The position numbers and the translations under genes were made by a program. Source: Antedon mediterranea (taxonomy: Eukaryota > Animalia > Echinodermata). From it: DNA of 64,000 nt. This document shows positions 51,407 to 64,000 of the stretch, piece by piece (within the stretch, counting starts at the first letter, position 1; each line of letters begins with the position of its first letter). The notes beneath the pieces are model-generated. The model did no database searches and was not told where the DNA came from. It worked only from the letters and a program-made list of their open reading frames with translations. The DNA lies in contig NC_092672.1 in the NCBI RefSeq assembly GCF_964355755.1, positions 13,206,001 through 13,270,000 on the forward strand, given 5' to 3'.

Positions 51407-51929
51407 TTTTTTCATACAACTAAAAAATACGGAACTTTCGCCTATGAGCTATGCTCGACGCGATTATGAGATCATGTTCCGAATATGAGCACTGTTTCTA
51501 TAATTTACAGTATGATTTATATATATATATATATATATATATAAATATGAATACAGGATTAAGATTATAATATACAGCATTTAAAATTACCCACTATTAA
51601 TTAATCAAATCACTTTAGATTAAGTTACTACAATCCTGAATTTGATTAAGGTGATTAATAAGCTTTCTCTTAAAGTAGGTCCAAGAGTTACAGACGAATG
51701 TATATTTGACATACAAAGGCTAGGAATGCTAAATTTACCCAAATCCGTACTTGTTATATATATTTGGCTTATATAAGTTTTAAATGAAACTCTTTAACTA
51801 TTTTTCCCTTTAGAATGGTAATGGTCATTTTATCGTCATTGATGTGATATATTTTCAATTGTTTTGTGTTAGTTCGATTAAAGTTAAACTTTATTCAATT
51901 AAACATGTTGTTTTGGGTGGTTTTTTTTT

Positions 51930-52680
51930 TTGCTGCTGGTGGTATCTACAATATCTAAAGACTATAGACTATACTTGGGGTAAATGGGGTCTCTAGTCTA
52001 ACTTTAGAGGGGTCTGCAAGGGCCAAGGCAGTGTACAGATAGTCTGTAGGTCATTTGGTATTGTTTACAATGTGCTAAATCATATAACATTGGTTGCTGG
52101 TGGTATCTACAATATCTAAGCTATGCCAGTTTGGAAAATGGAGTCTCTAGTCTAAGCTGGGATAGTTGGGGAAAGGGGGGTCTCTAGTCTAACTTTAGAG
52201 GGGTCTGCCAGGACCAAGGCAGTGTACAGATAGTCTGTAATAAGGTAATTTGGTATTTCATACAATGTGCTAAATCATATAACATCGGTTGCTGGTGGTA
52301 TCTACAATATCTAAGCTATGCCAGTTGGGAAAATGGAGTCTCTAGTCACCTTTAGAGGGGTCTGCCAGGGCCAAGGCAGTGTACAGATAGTTTGTAATAG
52401 GTAATTTGGTATTGTTTACAATGTGCTAAATCATATAACATTGGTTGCTAGTGGTATCTACAATATCTAAGCTGGGCTAGTTGAGAAATAAGGGGTCTCT
52501 AGTCGAACTTTAGAGGGGTCTGCCAGGGCCAGAGCAGTGTACAGATAGTCTGTAATAGGTCATTTGGTATTGCTTACAATGTGCTAAATCATATAGCATT
52601 GGTTGCTGGTTGTATCTACAATATCTAAGCTGGGCTAGTTGGGGGAAAGGGGGTCTCTAGTCTAACTATAGGGTGTCTGG
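51930..52680. repeat. ~155-bp tandem repeat, ~5 copies, with degenerate units to ~53070
   Basis: TGCTGGTGGTATCTACAATATCTAA recurs at ~51934, 52095, 52290, 52446 and 52604. Confidence 0.85.
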
Positions 52681-53424
52681 CACTTGCGGTGCAGCAGACA
52701 ATTAGTCTGTTGTTATCCATTTAGTATTGTATGAACACAACTTGTTCATTTGGCATTCATTTTGAGTGGTACCTCACTCATCTATGCTAACCCCTTTTTA
52801 GGCCCTCCCTCGGGGGGTCTGGCGGGCCTTTTGTAGCAGAGAACAAGTCTATCGTTTGTGATACTGGTATAAGGATGCCAATGGGCATCCCATGGTGGTA
52901 AAATTAAGTGGTATCTCTCTCATCTAACCTGGGTCGATTTTTTAGCACGTTTCGGGGTCCCCCCGGTCTAGACGCAGCAGGGGGTACCCGGCAGACTCCC
53001 ATTTTCATTGACTTCAAGTGACCCCCAAATCACTTAAATAGTCAGATATTGGTACCTAGCTCATCTAACCAAATGTCTCTGGGCTGCCTGTCTAATAGCT
53101 AAACGTACCGTTAGTACATAAAAAAATTTAAACAATTATTAGTAAAATAAAACGCTATTATCATTACATTAAAACAACATGAATTATGTCACAACAGCAT
53201 AAGCTTGTCACAAACATTTAAAATATCATACAAAATAGTGAATGTTTGAATATTGAGTTTGAATTGTTATAACTATCAAAACGTTGAATATTTCACGAGA
53301 CGGAGGCAGTTAGACATAAATATAATAATCAATATTTCAATGAAATTTAGGTTTTATATATAAAATGTACTTGGTTGTCATTTTAATGTTTGTAATACGA
53401 TAATGTAGTTTGCATATGTGACAT

Positions 53425-53725
53425 CATTATTCCGTCAACAAACTCTACGCTTCATTCATCCAGCAGACTTCTTCTAAAACCTGGACCCCGTTCCAGAACT
53501 CGGTTTTACGGTGATCGTGCTTTCGCTGTCGCAGCCCCAAAACTCTGGAACACTCTACCCCTCGAAATACGCTCATCAAAATCTGTAATCACTTTTAAAA
53601 CTAAACTCAAAACTCATCTCTTCAGAGAAGCATAATCACACGCTACTACTTGCACAGATCTTGGAAAACACTGCGCTTGGAAACCTTTGTCTCTTGCGCT
53701 TTATAAATGTTATTTATTATTTATC
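53425..53725 (+). mobile_element. L2-clade LINE 3' end
   Basis: Translates ..RTRFYGDRAFAVAAPKLWNTLPLEIRSS.....FKTKLKTHLF; tail GCGCTTTATAAATG(TTAT)n. Confidence 0.8.
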
Positions 53726-53976
53726 TTTTCTACATTAAATGTTTGGGGGTTTTTTTTGCAGTGAATAAAAACTAAAAGTCGAAATGTATCATTTTCTATA
53801 GCGGAATCTACAGAAAATATATAAGAATATATTATATGAATTGTATTATTATGCCTCTGTTAATAATAATATAAAAATAAAAAAATAAGGTAATTTGTTG
53901 AAGTAATTTATATCAGCTGCTTTTATGGTTTTTTCGAGAGCTTTTCCAACTTTCGTAAATCCCTGATTGACACCTA

Positions 53977-54175
53977 AATAAGTGTTTAAGGTGATGTCGT
54001 GAATAATGTTGCCGCATAGTACCATAAGCATAATAAATGAATTGCACAGATGATGTTGTTCGGTGTAACAACGAAACATGTTTGCAAGACAATTTCATTA
54101 AACTCAAGTTTATCTTAATTGTATTATGCTGTCGGAAGTTCGGCAACATTCACGTCTTCACCTTAAACACTTATT
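53977..54175. mobile_element. Small palindromic MITE
   Basis: AATAAGTGTTTAAGGTGA...GTTGCCG is inverted with CGGCAAC...TCACCTTAAACACTTATT. Confidence 0.55.
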
Positions 54176-54599
54176 AAAGAAGCTGATAAGTTGTTGATAT
54201 AATGTAGGCCACTATGTAATTTCGTGTCATTTTTTTGTTAAAAGCAAAATCCCAGCTGATTTAGTGTCTTTGGGATGTAAAGTAATGAAAAAAATATGTT
54301 GCCATTTTTTTTAAAAGCTTAAGGGTGTCAAATCCAAGATGGCCGCCAATACGTAAAATATCCAATAAATGTACCATATTGGACAAAGTAACACCCATTA
54401 TGAATAATATTTTAAGTTCATATGGGTTCTCTGCTGCTATATAAGAATTATTATAAACCTATATTCATTAGTATTCTGACATTTTGAATTTCAAAATGGC
54501 CGCCATTTTTTAAAAATGGGTTAAATTTCTTATTAAAACGTGTGTAAGTTAAATAAAATTAGATTGAAATGCACAAAACGATATGCTTATGACAACAAC

Positions 54600-56400
54600 A
54601 TGGTGATTAACACAAAATGTTGACCATCAGGAGGTCTATAGTAGGCCTACTGACAGTACACTTCTTCATATTAAAACATCTCATAAACTTCCTCAGTTAA
54701 ATGACAACTAACTCTGCCAAAGGCCTTCAATGAAATATTTCTAATCTTGAATGCGATACAGTAAGTTGACCTTCCTTCGTTTTCTACTACTACTGTATCC
54801 ATCAAACTTCCACAGACTGATCTGCGATCCCAACAAGCTTGTTCAGAAACAAATTGGCAAAAGTACTGCAATACCTCATTTCACCGTCAAATAATCTCTA
54901 TAGGAGTCCTGTTTTACTTTGATAAGTTTGTCACCTGTATTCACCATCATATATATTTTTTGCCATATTCGTCTTTTTCTTAGGATCCCATATAGACAGT
55001 TTGCCTTACAAGACTTTTATCAATGCCTCAAACATTTTCTGTCCAATTTCATCATGCCATGGCTAACAAACACCTTTGTGCGAATTGCAGCATTCTTTAT
55101 TAATCGGGATATTATCTCTCTTTAAATGTTGGCTTTTAAACTCATCAACTAGATTTAATTTGCCAGCTCTGATGAAATCATAAATTTGTGTTGTTCCAAT
55201 GATACCACACTCAATGACCCTGATCAATTGATGTAAATCCAGCAAGTCCCACACATACATGTCCTCTCATAAACTCCAATATCTGAAATTTGTTTCAGTA
55301 ATCTGTTGAAATTGATACAGCGAAAGTAACCGGTCGTAGTTCAGGTGGTCATGAGTGAAGAAATATTTGATAAAAGCATGTGTGCTTTCCATATGGTCAG
55401 ATATCGTTTCTTGTGTCTCGGACATATATAGGGATATAGTTTAACCACATCCTAGATTTCGTTGACTCTCTGTATTCAAGTTAATATCTTTATGATCAGC
55501 CTCTTTTAAACACAATGATACTTCACTTAGAATCTCTTTCTCTGTCTGCATTTGTAGAAGCAAGTTGTAGAGAGAAAGCAGAATTAGTGTGCTTCTGTCT
55601 TTTAGAGATGTTTTCAATTTAAGATATTTGTGTCACTGGTTGTATAGGTAATACAAGTTCAGTTTCAACAAAAGCACTGGCCTGAACACTATTTTCACAA
55701 TGTTACATGTCCAAAAGCCATATAGTTCACCGGGTCGACATAATAATTGCTTCTTGATGTCACTCTGTCCACCTTTACTCATCTCGGGCAAGAGTCATCA
55801 CCAGGCATTCTTGTCTTTCCCTAGTACATGAGTTTTTATACAACAACCATGTGCACTCTTCAAACCAGTGTATAATGGTGGTCTATCTGTAGGGGTTACA
55901 TATCTAATGAAATCGGTTGAGATGAGAAGTAGGAGTTAATGCTGCCTATGAATAATTTTGCGAATGAGCTGTATCTGTATTTCCCTGAAGCTTCTGCCAA
56001 ATGTTGACAGGTTGAAAACTTACCAACCATACTAGTGACTAGAGGCCCTGAAGGTTCAGACATTGAATTACATAGCAATAACGCATTTATTATTTAACAT
56101 CATATTTATACAGGATTTCACAATAAGGTATAAATGCACTTGTTTTATATTGTGGTCCTGTCTCCTGTCACGTTTCAGTTTCATGAAAAGAAATGAGATC
56201 TGTAATTTAGAATCTATATATAAATTATGGTTAATTCTGACATAGGCGAGCACAATAGAAAAACTTTGGAACAAATCTCTGCCTTGGATACCTACCTGAA
56301 CTATCTCCGATGTGCCGCAAAATGTAAAACAGTTTTCACTATTACAATATTGTTCCATATTTCTATCTTAGGAATATATTATAAAGAGTTTTAAAACAAA
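54600..56400 (-). pseudogene. Degenerate large DNA-transposon ORF (possibly Academ-like)
   Basis: Higher-GC fragmented minus-strand frames, e.g. DHMESTHAFIKYFFTHDHLNYDRL, with CAAAATGGCCGCC subterminal-type motifs at 54335-54505. Family assignment is tentative. Confidence 0.35.
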
Positions 56401-57264
56401 ATTTCTGATTTTATCGGTAGATTTTCAACTCAATTTCAATTGTACGCGGTCAAAGTAATTTCCGGGTTTATGATGAGTTCACAGGTTCACCTTGCAACTA
56501 CCTGGTTTCAGTTAAGTTGGTCGTTAGTGGCTATAGCCATTTTAGTTTTTTGTTTATTTTCGGATCGGACCGCGCGTGTGAAGGTACAGTAGTTAAAAAA
56601 TAAAATCCCGATAGCCAAGTTTTATTGAGTAAGCTGGCAGGAATATCTGTAGGCTATCTGTGTCCCATTAGGGCCCATATTGCAAGCCATCTAAAACATC
56701 TTCCTTCTTGGGCCGAAACGGCCTACACTGTCGCGGAAGTTAGTTTCAAAAGATGTTTAAATTAAATAATGTATTATGATGGTATTTATTTGAATAAACG
56801 CCTACCCAATAAAATATCACTTTGAAAAAAATCGCCTTCACCCACCTACCCAACTATCTAATAAACGCCCATCCACATTTATACCCACGATATTGTATAT
56901 ACTATTTGTAATTGAATTCATCACACTGTTAACTACAATTTACCAAGCATTTGTTATTACTTTTTACCACTTTTCATATCTATTAGAGGATTTTATTTGA
57001 TTATAAATGTTACGATATTATTAAAACTAAAAAAATCCCTCGAATAAGCATCTCCCTCAAATGAACTCTGCCTCCCCCACCTCCGCCCTATAAGGGCCCT
57101 ACCAAACAATAAACACTATACTTTAAAATGTTATTAATCATTTAAGACACTGTGAAACAGAGTAGGTTTAGTTTTTCGAATGTCAAGCATTTCCAATAAT
57201 GATAACCGACAGAAAACGTACAAGGAGAACGTCCTTCTAAAACCTTTTTACCCGAGTCATTATC

Positions 57265-57326
57265 ATTCCGAGAACCATCGTTTACACTTCCTAGAGGGGA
57301 GCGAGCGAAGCGAGCTCACCCTCTAG
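57265..57326 (+). mobile_element. 3' terminus of a related Helitron
   Basis: CCGAGAACCATC...CTAGAGGGGAGCGAGCGAAGCGAGCTCACCCTCTAG|T hairpin ending CTAG. Confidence 0.65.
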
Positions 57327-57339
57327 TTAGACGTAATTG

Positions 57340-59632
57340 TTAGACGCACTTGTTGGCATTGAAAGGTAGTTGCCATCTGGTCGACCAATTAAACATATTA
57401 TCAAGTGAGATCTGCAATTTTTCTTTGGATTCCCCATAATCATAAACTTTAGTATCATCAGCGAACATCTTAACTTCTGATACTGCAACTTCAGGCAAGT
57501 CATTGATAAAGAGTAAGAATAAAATCGGACCAAGCACACTTCCTTGCGGAATACCACTTATCACATACCATTTCGACAAAGTCCCATTTAACATTACTCG
57601 TTGTCTTCTACCTTTTAAGAAGTCTTGAATCCAATTATAGACGTTACCGGAGATACCATAAGCTTTAACCTTCCTTAACAGTCTCATATGAGGTACAGAA
57701 TCGAAGGCCTTTTGGAAGTCCAAATATGCCACATCAATATCACGCCCATCATCTAAAGGCTTAGACCAATGTTCTACTATCTCTAATAGTTGAGTTGTTG
57801 TGGATCTACCGGACCTAAAGCCATGTTGATGTTTCGATAATAAGTTATTGTTGACAAAATGCTTAATTAAAGAATCTCTAATAATGCTTTCCATAACTTT
57901 ACAACAAACAGCAGTCAAGCTAACAGGTCGATAATTATTTACTTCCACCCTGCTTCCTTTTTTAAAAATAGGTACAATATGAGCTTCTTTCCAATTCCGA
58001 GGAACAATACCTTCTTTCAATGAATTAGAAAAAATTTTACTTAGCGGCTCAGAAATATAAGCTCTGCACTCTCTTAAAATCATAGGGTGAATACCATCAG
58101 GTCCTGGACTCTTAGTCACATTTAACTTCTTTAAATATTTTTCAACGATTTGGGGTGATATTTCAACTTCAGAACAAACTGTATCAAAAACTCTTCTTTG
58201 AAACTCTGGTACGTTATCAATATCTTCCCTTACAAAAACTGTAGAAAAAAAAGTATTAAGTATCTCAGTCTTGGACTGATCATCACTGTGTGCCACATTG
58301 TTCTCATCTTTCAGGGATGGTAGTCTCGCTTTAACCTTGGTTTTGGAGTTTACATATCGCCAGAATGATTTGGGTTTCTGTTTTATTTCGGAAGCAATCA
58401 TTTTTTCAAAGTTCCAAATGGCCTTCCTTTTCATGGATGTTACTTTATTTCTAGCATCTTTAAATTTTGCTTTATTAGATCTGCTCGGACAATGGTTATA
58501 CCTAAACCATGCTTTTCTTTTAAGCTTTATCATTTTCTTCATATCCTTGTTTATCCAAAGAGGCTCTTTGACCTTACTGTTGTCCCCCTTTTTTGCCTTG
58601 GGAATGTGCCGTCCACTAGTTTCTGCAATAATTTCACTAAACAAATTCCAACACTCTTCTGTTCCACCATTTTCAAATTTCCCCTTCCAATCAATCTTTT
58701 TTAGTTCTTCATTTATTTGAACATAATCACCGTAATGATAATTTGGTTTTAACAATTGCGACTCAATGTAACAATCAAATTTAAATGTTAATACTGCGTG
58801 ATCGCTTTTACCGAGTGGTGCACTGTAACAAATGTCATCGATCATGTCCTCTTCATTTGTAAAAACCAAGTCTAAAAGACTAAGATTCTGTCCATCTCTA
58901 AATCTAGTTGCTTGTGTTACATGTTGAAAGTAAAAATGATCCTGAACCCAGTTCATAAAATTTGTTCCATCATGACTATCAGAGTATCCTGATGCTTGAT
59001 TAATCCAATCAATGCTACCAAAATTAAAATCACCAGTTATTAATAAATGTGAAAAGTTAGTGCAGCATATATTACTCAACTTATCCAAAAATAAAACGTT
59101 CTGCTCCTGACTATTACTAGGGCTCCTATACGCACAAACTAAAAGTAAGGAATCATTGTTTTTCAATGAAAGTTTCACATCAATAATATCTCCAATATCT
59201 CCACTGGATGATTCTGTCACATATCCACATAAATCTTCTTTTAAATAAATGGCAACACCTCTAACCGTCAAAATTTGTGGAAAAAAATACTTGATATCCA
59301 TCCAATTTTAAATCAATCTCCTGCATTAAATTCTTCTTACTTGGATTCTTTGGGAATATCTCAGTCAACATAATTATACTTGGTTTATTAATTGAAATCA
59401 AAATCTCCATCTCATTCTTTTTACTTAAAAACGAGTCAACATTAGAATATACGACCTTAATAGAATTTTTTTCAAAACAGTTAGGGTCTCTTGCACCATC
59501 AAACAAATTACTTCTAAAATTAATGTTTTCTTCTTCCATTGTATAATTTGCATTTACAGGATCAGCGAAAATTTTCTTGGGGTCTTTGTATAATTTTACC
59601 CCTGGAGATAAATAGATTAGGTTCACCTGCAC
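57340..59632 (-). pseudogene. pol: LINE ORF2 (APE-RT), frameshift near 59263, C-terminus missing
   Basis: YSNVDS and LTE motifs lie in 59261-59632; the remainder is in the 653-aa ORF. Confidence 0.85.
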
Positions 59633-60480
59633 TAATTCGCTCCTGCAACTCTACTCTCAGCTTTCTATTGGTTTCTCTTTGTTGGAATGTTAAATCCGGT
59701 GAAATATATACATTGTTTTCCCATCCTTCTAGTTTCTTAAGATTTTTAGCTCTTGACAGAATTTCTCTTTTAGTTGCTATTTCCTTACACCACACTCTTA
59801 TCATTCTTGACCTTCTGATATTTTTATTCTGACCAGACACGTCCTTGTGTGTTATTCTTGAAATATGCATTTCGCTTGGTTGAAGTCTTAATTTATCAAG
59901 AATAGAATTTATTTTATCCTGGTCATGACTAGATTTTTCCTCTTGGGAAACACCAACTGGAGCCTCAGGGACTTCTTTAAAGATCAAATTATTAACTCTC
60001 TTATCCCTTTCTCGATGGTCTCGCACCACAATCTGGACCTTCTCCTCAATTAATTTTTCTATTTTAACTTTTCTAAATTCTTCTTTTTTTATTAATAATA
60101 TCAACTGCAGAAGCCAAGCTATCCAATTTGAGCATTATTGTTGATAGTGCTTTCCTAACACCAGACAATCCAGTTCCCAAAGATTCTCTGCTAGGGCTAG
60201 GCCTACCCAGGCCCATCTGTGCTTCCACACATCCATCACACATCCAGATTAGATATTTATTTCCCTTTTGTAAAACATTGTATTCTTTAGCGGAAATCGA
60301 CTTTGTACAGCTTAAATGGACCCAAACATTACAGCTTTCACACATTAACGCTCTGTCCCCTTCATTTACCGAGTCTTCACACGTTCTACATTTTACCTTA
60401 CCACTTTCGTTACTGCTGGCATCGGCCGAAACACCTGCATCAGGCAGAAGAGAAGCCTCGTTGGACCTTTTTTTATTCAT
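59562..60480 (-). pseudogene. LINE ORF1 (PHD), +1 frameshift in an A7 run near 60085
   Basis: CRTC..CESC..H..C..W.CDGC PHD; RDKRVNNLIFKEVPE; VYISPDLT..QR. Confidence 0.8.
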
Positions 60481-61008
60481 ATTTAGATAGGCCTAGGCCT
60501 AGCAGTAGTCCAACTAAAGAAAATGATATATATCTGGTTCAATGGTTCGCGAAGTATTTAGTTTAATGTTTAAGCAATTAAACAGAACTTCGATGCTAAC
60601 TCTATTGTAGATTGTATTGTCGTCACGGTTAAGAAGGTATTTTCACACAGATCATGAGGAAGTTTTATGAGTATGCATACATAGTAGCCAAAACAAGCGG
60701 GTTTCATTATGGGATATGTTTTGATTGAAAACTTTGACTGGAAGTCAAAGTTATTTTTTTAACAAAAAAACGTCTGTATTTCAGTTAAATAATTTTTTTT
60801 TTTTGAAAAATTTTTGGTGATAGTTAATAACTATTATGATACTTCAAAATGACCCACGTTTTTTCGAAATCTTTTATTTTTTATTTTTTTGGAATTAGTC
60901 AAAGGGACCATAGATGGCCGACAGATTATGGCTTTACATAGTTAAGATTGTATAATGGGTACAGTAATACCATCAAAACGGACTTTCATATTTTGTATTA
61001 TTTTTATA

Positions 61009-63115
61009 GTTTTTATAGTTCTGAACGAAGATGATGAATGGTTCATAATGTTGTTATGAAGAGTGAGTAGATTACCTGATACTGTTTGTTTATATTAGTA
61101 ATTCATTAAGTAATCAATTTTCAAGGACACAATTCGTAATATGTGTTACAAAAAAGAATATCTTAAGGCGCAAAATAGCACGTCCATTGAACATAATTTT
61201 CAGGTAAAGTCAAAATATGAAACTCAATTTGATTCGTCGTTGATGGATGGCAATTTTGTTTCTAAGAAATGGTTTTATTTGTAAATAAATTAGTAAAGTT
61301 AACGTGGGTTTTTCTTCAAAAAGTAAGTAAGGTATGGTTGAGAATGTCTCGATGTTTTGTTTGTATTGCTATCAATCATCTTCGTACTCTGTAACTTTTA
61401 GAATAACATGGTGTACAGCAACACTTTATTAGTATTTATTGATTTAATTTATTGGAACTGGGAAGAAATTTGTGCTGAGCTAAATTGGAGTGGAGTGAAG
61501 TGGACTTACCGTATCGTTTATCATACCACTATCGTCGTTATTTGTAGGCATAAACAGTAAAACCATCTATTACTTTTATAATCATTGTTACTGGTCATGT
61601 AGTTACATTTATACGATTATTTTTAATTACTAAACAGAAGAAAAAATGTCATTTCCATCGTCAAAATGATTAGTTCAAATCTAGTTAATTTAGAATTTTC
61701 ATCGTCACGTTTAATCTAATAATCTGTAAGTGGTTTTTATAGTTCTGAACGAAGATGATGAATGGTTCATAATGTTGTTATGAAGAGTGAGTAGATTACC
61801 TGATACCGTTTGTTTATATTAGTAATTCATTAAGTAATCAATTTTCAAGGACACAATTCGTAATATGTGTTACAAAAAAGAATATATTCAGGCGTTAAAT
61901 AGCACGTACATTCAACATAATTTTCAGGTAAAGTCAAAATATGAAACTCAATTTGATTCTTCGTTGATGGATGGCAATTTTGTTTCTAAGAAATGGTTTT
62001 ATTTGTAAATAAATTAGTAAAGTTAACGTGGGTTTTTCTTCAAAAAGTAAGTAAGGTATGGTTGAGAATGTCTCGATGTTTTGTTTGTATTGCTATCAAT
62101 CATCTTCGTACTCTGTAACTTTTAGAATAACATGGTGTACAGCAACACTTTATTAGTATTTATTCGCCACGCAAAGATTTAAACAATCGTAAATTGAGAA
62201 CATTTCATGTTCAGTTCTCCTTCAGCTGTAATTGTTCCTACGAGTTCACATCCTTGAACGTAGTTATTATCACGTTCATAATTACTGATTCAAATTTCAA
62301 CTTTATACAATAATATATAATATATTTTTAAAACATTTTGTTGCTATGCAATTTTTTAATTTTGAAAAAGTGAATAAAAATTATGTTACATTAAAATGTT
62401 TCATAATTTGTATTCACTTTTTCAAAACATTGGATCGGAAAAAAAACATATTTACCCTAACAAACTGTAAATTACAGAAAAAATGAATCACATTGTCTAC
62501 CAGCCAATTGGTTTTTGGTTGAATTTAACCGTTTATTTTGTCGTTTTATAAGTGAAAACCTTTTTTTAGGGTATTTTTCCGGGTTCTTTTTTCTACGAAA
62601 GCGATTAACTTTATTAAAGCTGAAAAATAAAATATTCATAGTTTGATGTTATTAATCTTCATTTTTCATGTTTTTGGGGGACAATACAACTTTAAGATTA
62701 TGGATTGGTGTTCATAGTGTTTACGCTATCATTCTGGAAGTAAGTAAATGTTCTTTGGACTTGTACTTGCCACAAAGTCGCATGCGAGGCACAAAGTAAA
62801 GTAACCAATAACAAGCGACGGTTACGCCACATCATGGTGATAAGATTTTTGCAAGAAGTTTGTTCTGATTTTTTTTTTTTTTTGTCTCTAGCAACTTGAT
62901 TTAATTAATTGGAACTGGGAAGAAATTTGTGCTGAGCTAAATTAGAGTGGAGTGAAGTGGACTTACCGTATCGTTTATCATACCACTATCGTCGTTATTT
63001 GTAGGCATAAACAGTAAAACCATCTATTACTATTATAATCATTGTTACTGGTCATGTAGTTACATTTATACGATTATTTTTAATTACTAAACAGAAGAAA
63101 AAATGTCATTTCCAT
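61009..63115 (+). repeat. Local segmental duplications upstream of GPCR 3
   Basis: 61009-61439 is nearly identical to 61733-62164. 61440-61658 is nearly identical to 62897-63115, including ATGTCATTTCCAT. Confidence 0.8.
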
Positions 63116-63675
63116 GTAACAATGCATCCTATGATGTATCTGAATACGGGTGTTCAACATTTAACACGACTGACTATGATTCCTGCATAGATATGTTCCT
63201 TCTTAGTGACTGGGAGAGGATTTTACGTTACAATATCATTCCTGTTATGGTCGCCTTTGGAATTGTCGGAAACATTATGACATTCATCGTTATGGTGAGT
63301 AAATTACACAAACCAGTTTACGTGGTATCTAGCCAATTTGGCAATATCTGATACAATGTCTTTAATGTTGGCACCTCTATGGGACGTTGAGTTTTTTACA
63401 ATACCATGTTCAATTGATGATATATATATATGACGACAATTATCACTGTGGACTGTTGAGTTTCTTTTCTTCTATTGCCTGGCATGTAGCAATTGTAACG
63501 ATATCATGTCTTTCTATTGAACGTTGTATGACAGTCTGTAAACCTTACTGGTTTCAAACAAGTGGATTTGGTACTCTTTCAAGATCTGTTAAAATATGCG
63601 TATTTATGTGGATTTTATGTTTGTCAGTGAATTTTGTACAAATATTCATTGCTTTCGAACGAGTGTCCGTCATTG
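63103..63675 (+). pseudogene. GPCR 3, frameshifted and interrupted after TM4
   Basis: SDWERILRY and GIVGN; frameshift at ~63322; SIERCMTVCKPYWFQ in a different frame; similarity to GPCR 1 ends at ~63675. Confidence 0.8.
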
Positions 63676-64000
63676 AGGGCGTGAAACAACGGTTGGTTTT
63701 TAAAATTTTCTAATACTGCTGCTCTAAAAACATCGAAAAATCTCAGTTCTTAATCAACGGATTTTTAATATAGATAGCACTGAAGACATACGAAAACTGC
63801 TGAACTTAAATAAACCTGCATCGGAGTTGAAATCTGTGTTGAAACTTTGTTTTTCAAATTGATCATCAGGTAGGCTCCAGTCAGTGTATTGTAACGCTAA
63901 GCCGTTACGTTGGTCCCCCACGAAAAACGATCGTATAGTAGGTTACTCAAATAAATTGAATCGACCATTCTATAATTTCCGTCTACTTTAATATTTGACA

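Larger units (their letters stand above)
57340..60600 (-). mobile_element. Second CR1-clade LINE, 5'-complete but 3'-truncated and frameshifted
   Basis: ORF1 pieces 60073-60480 (PHD) and 59562-60104; ORF2 pieces 59261-59632 and 57340-59301 (GDFN, SDH, DFQKAFD, QGSVLGP, FADD) ending at FNANKC. Confidence 0.9.

Overview
AT-rich animal genomic DNA with GT-AG introns, probably an invertebrate deuterostome (echinoderm-like; the species cannot be determined from sequence alone). The left half (1.2-35.6 kb, + strand) holds two tandem paralogous multi-exon type I membrane receptors with a Tie/angiopoietin-receptor-like ectodomain (N-terminal Ig-like, Ig, 4x EGF, FN3) but no kinase. Copy A has an internally duplicated ectodomain, an uncharged TM core and a tail with ITIM-like (IFYLNV), ITSM-like (TTYDEI) and SH3-type (KPPVPKKP) motifs. 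Copy B starts mid-exon and keeps all downstream exons in frame, but has an Arg in the TM and a truncated tail lacking those motifs. This is the layout of paired inhibitory/activating immune receptors and is the top finding. The right half holds a decaying cluster of intronless class A GPCRs. Transposable elements are dense throughout: two CR1-type LINEs (one with an open ORF2), L2, RTE and Penelope fragments, a non-autonomous Helitron family with a head-to-tail array, DINE-like elements, Kolobok/Harbinger/Tc1-type TIR elements, tRNA-derived SINEs and apparent transposon excision footprints. Exon models and alignments were read by eye, so coordinates may be off by a few bases.
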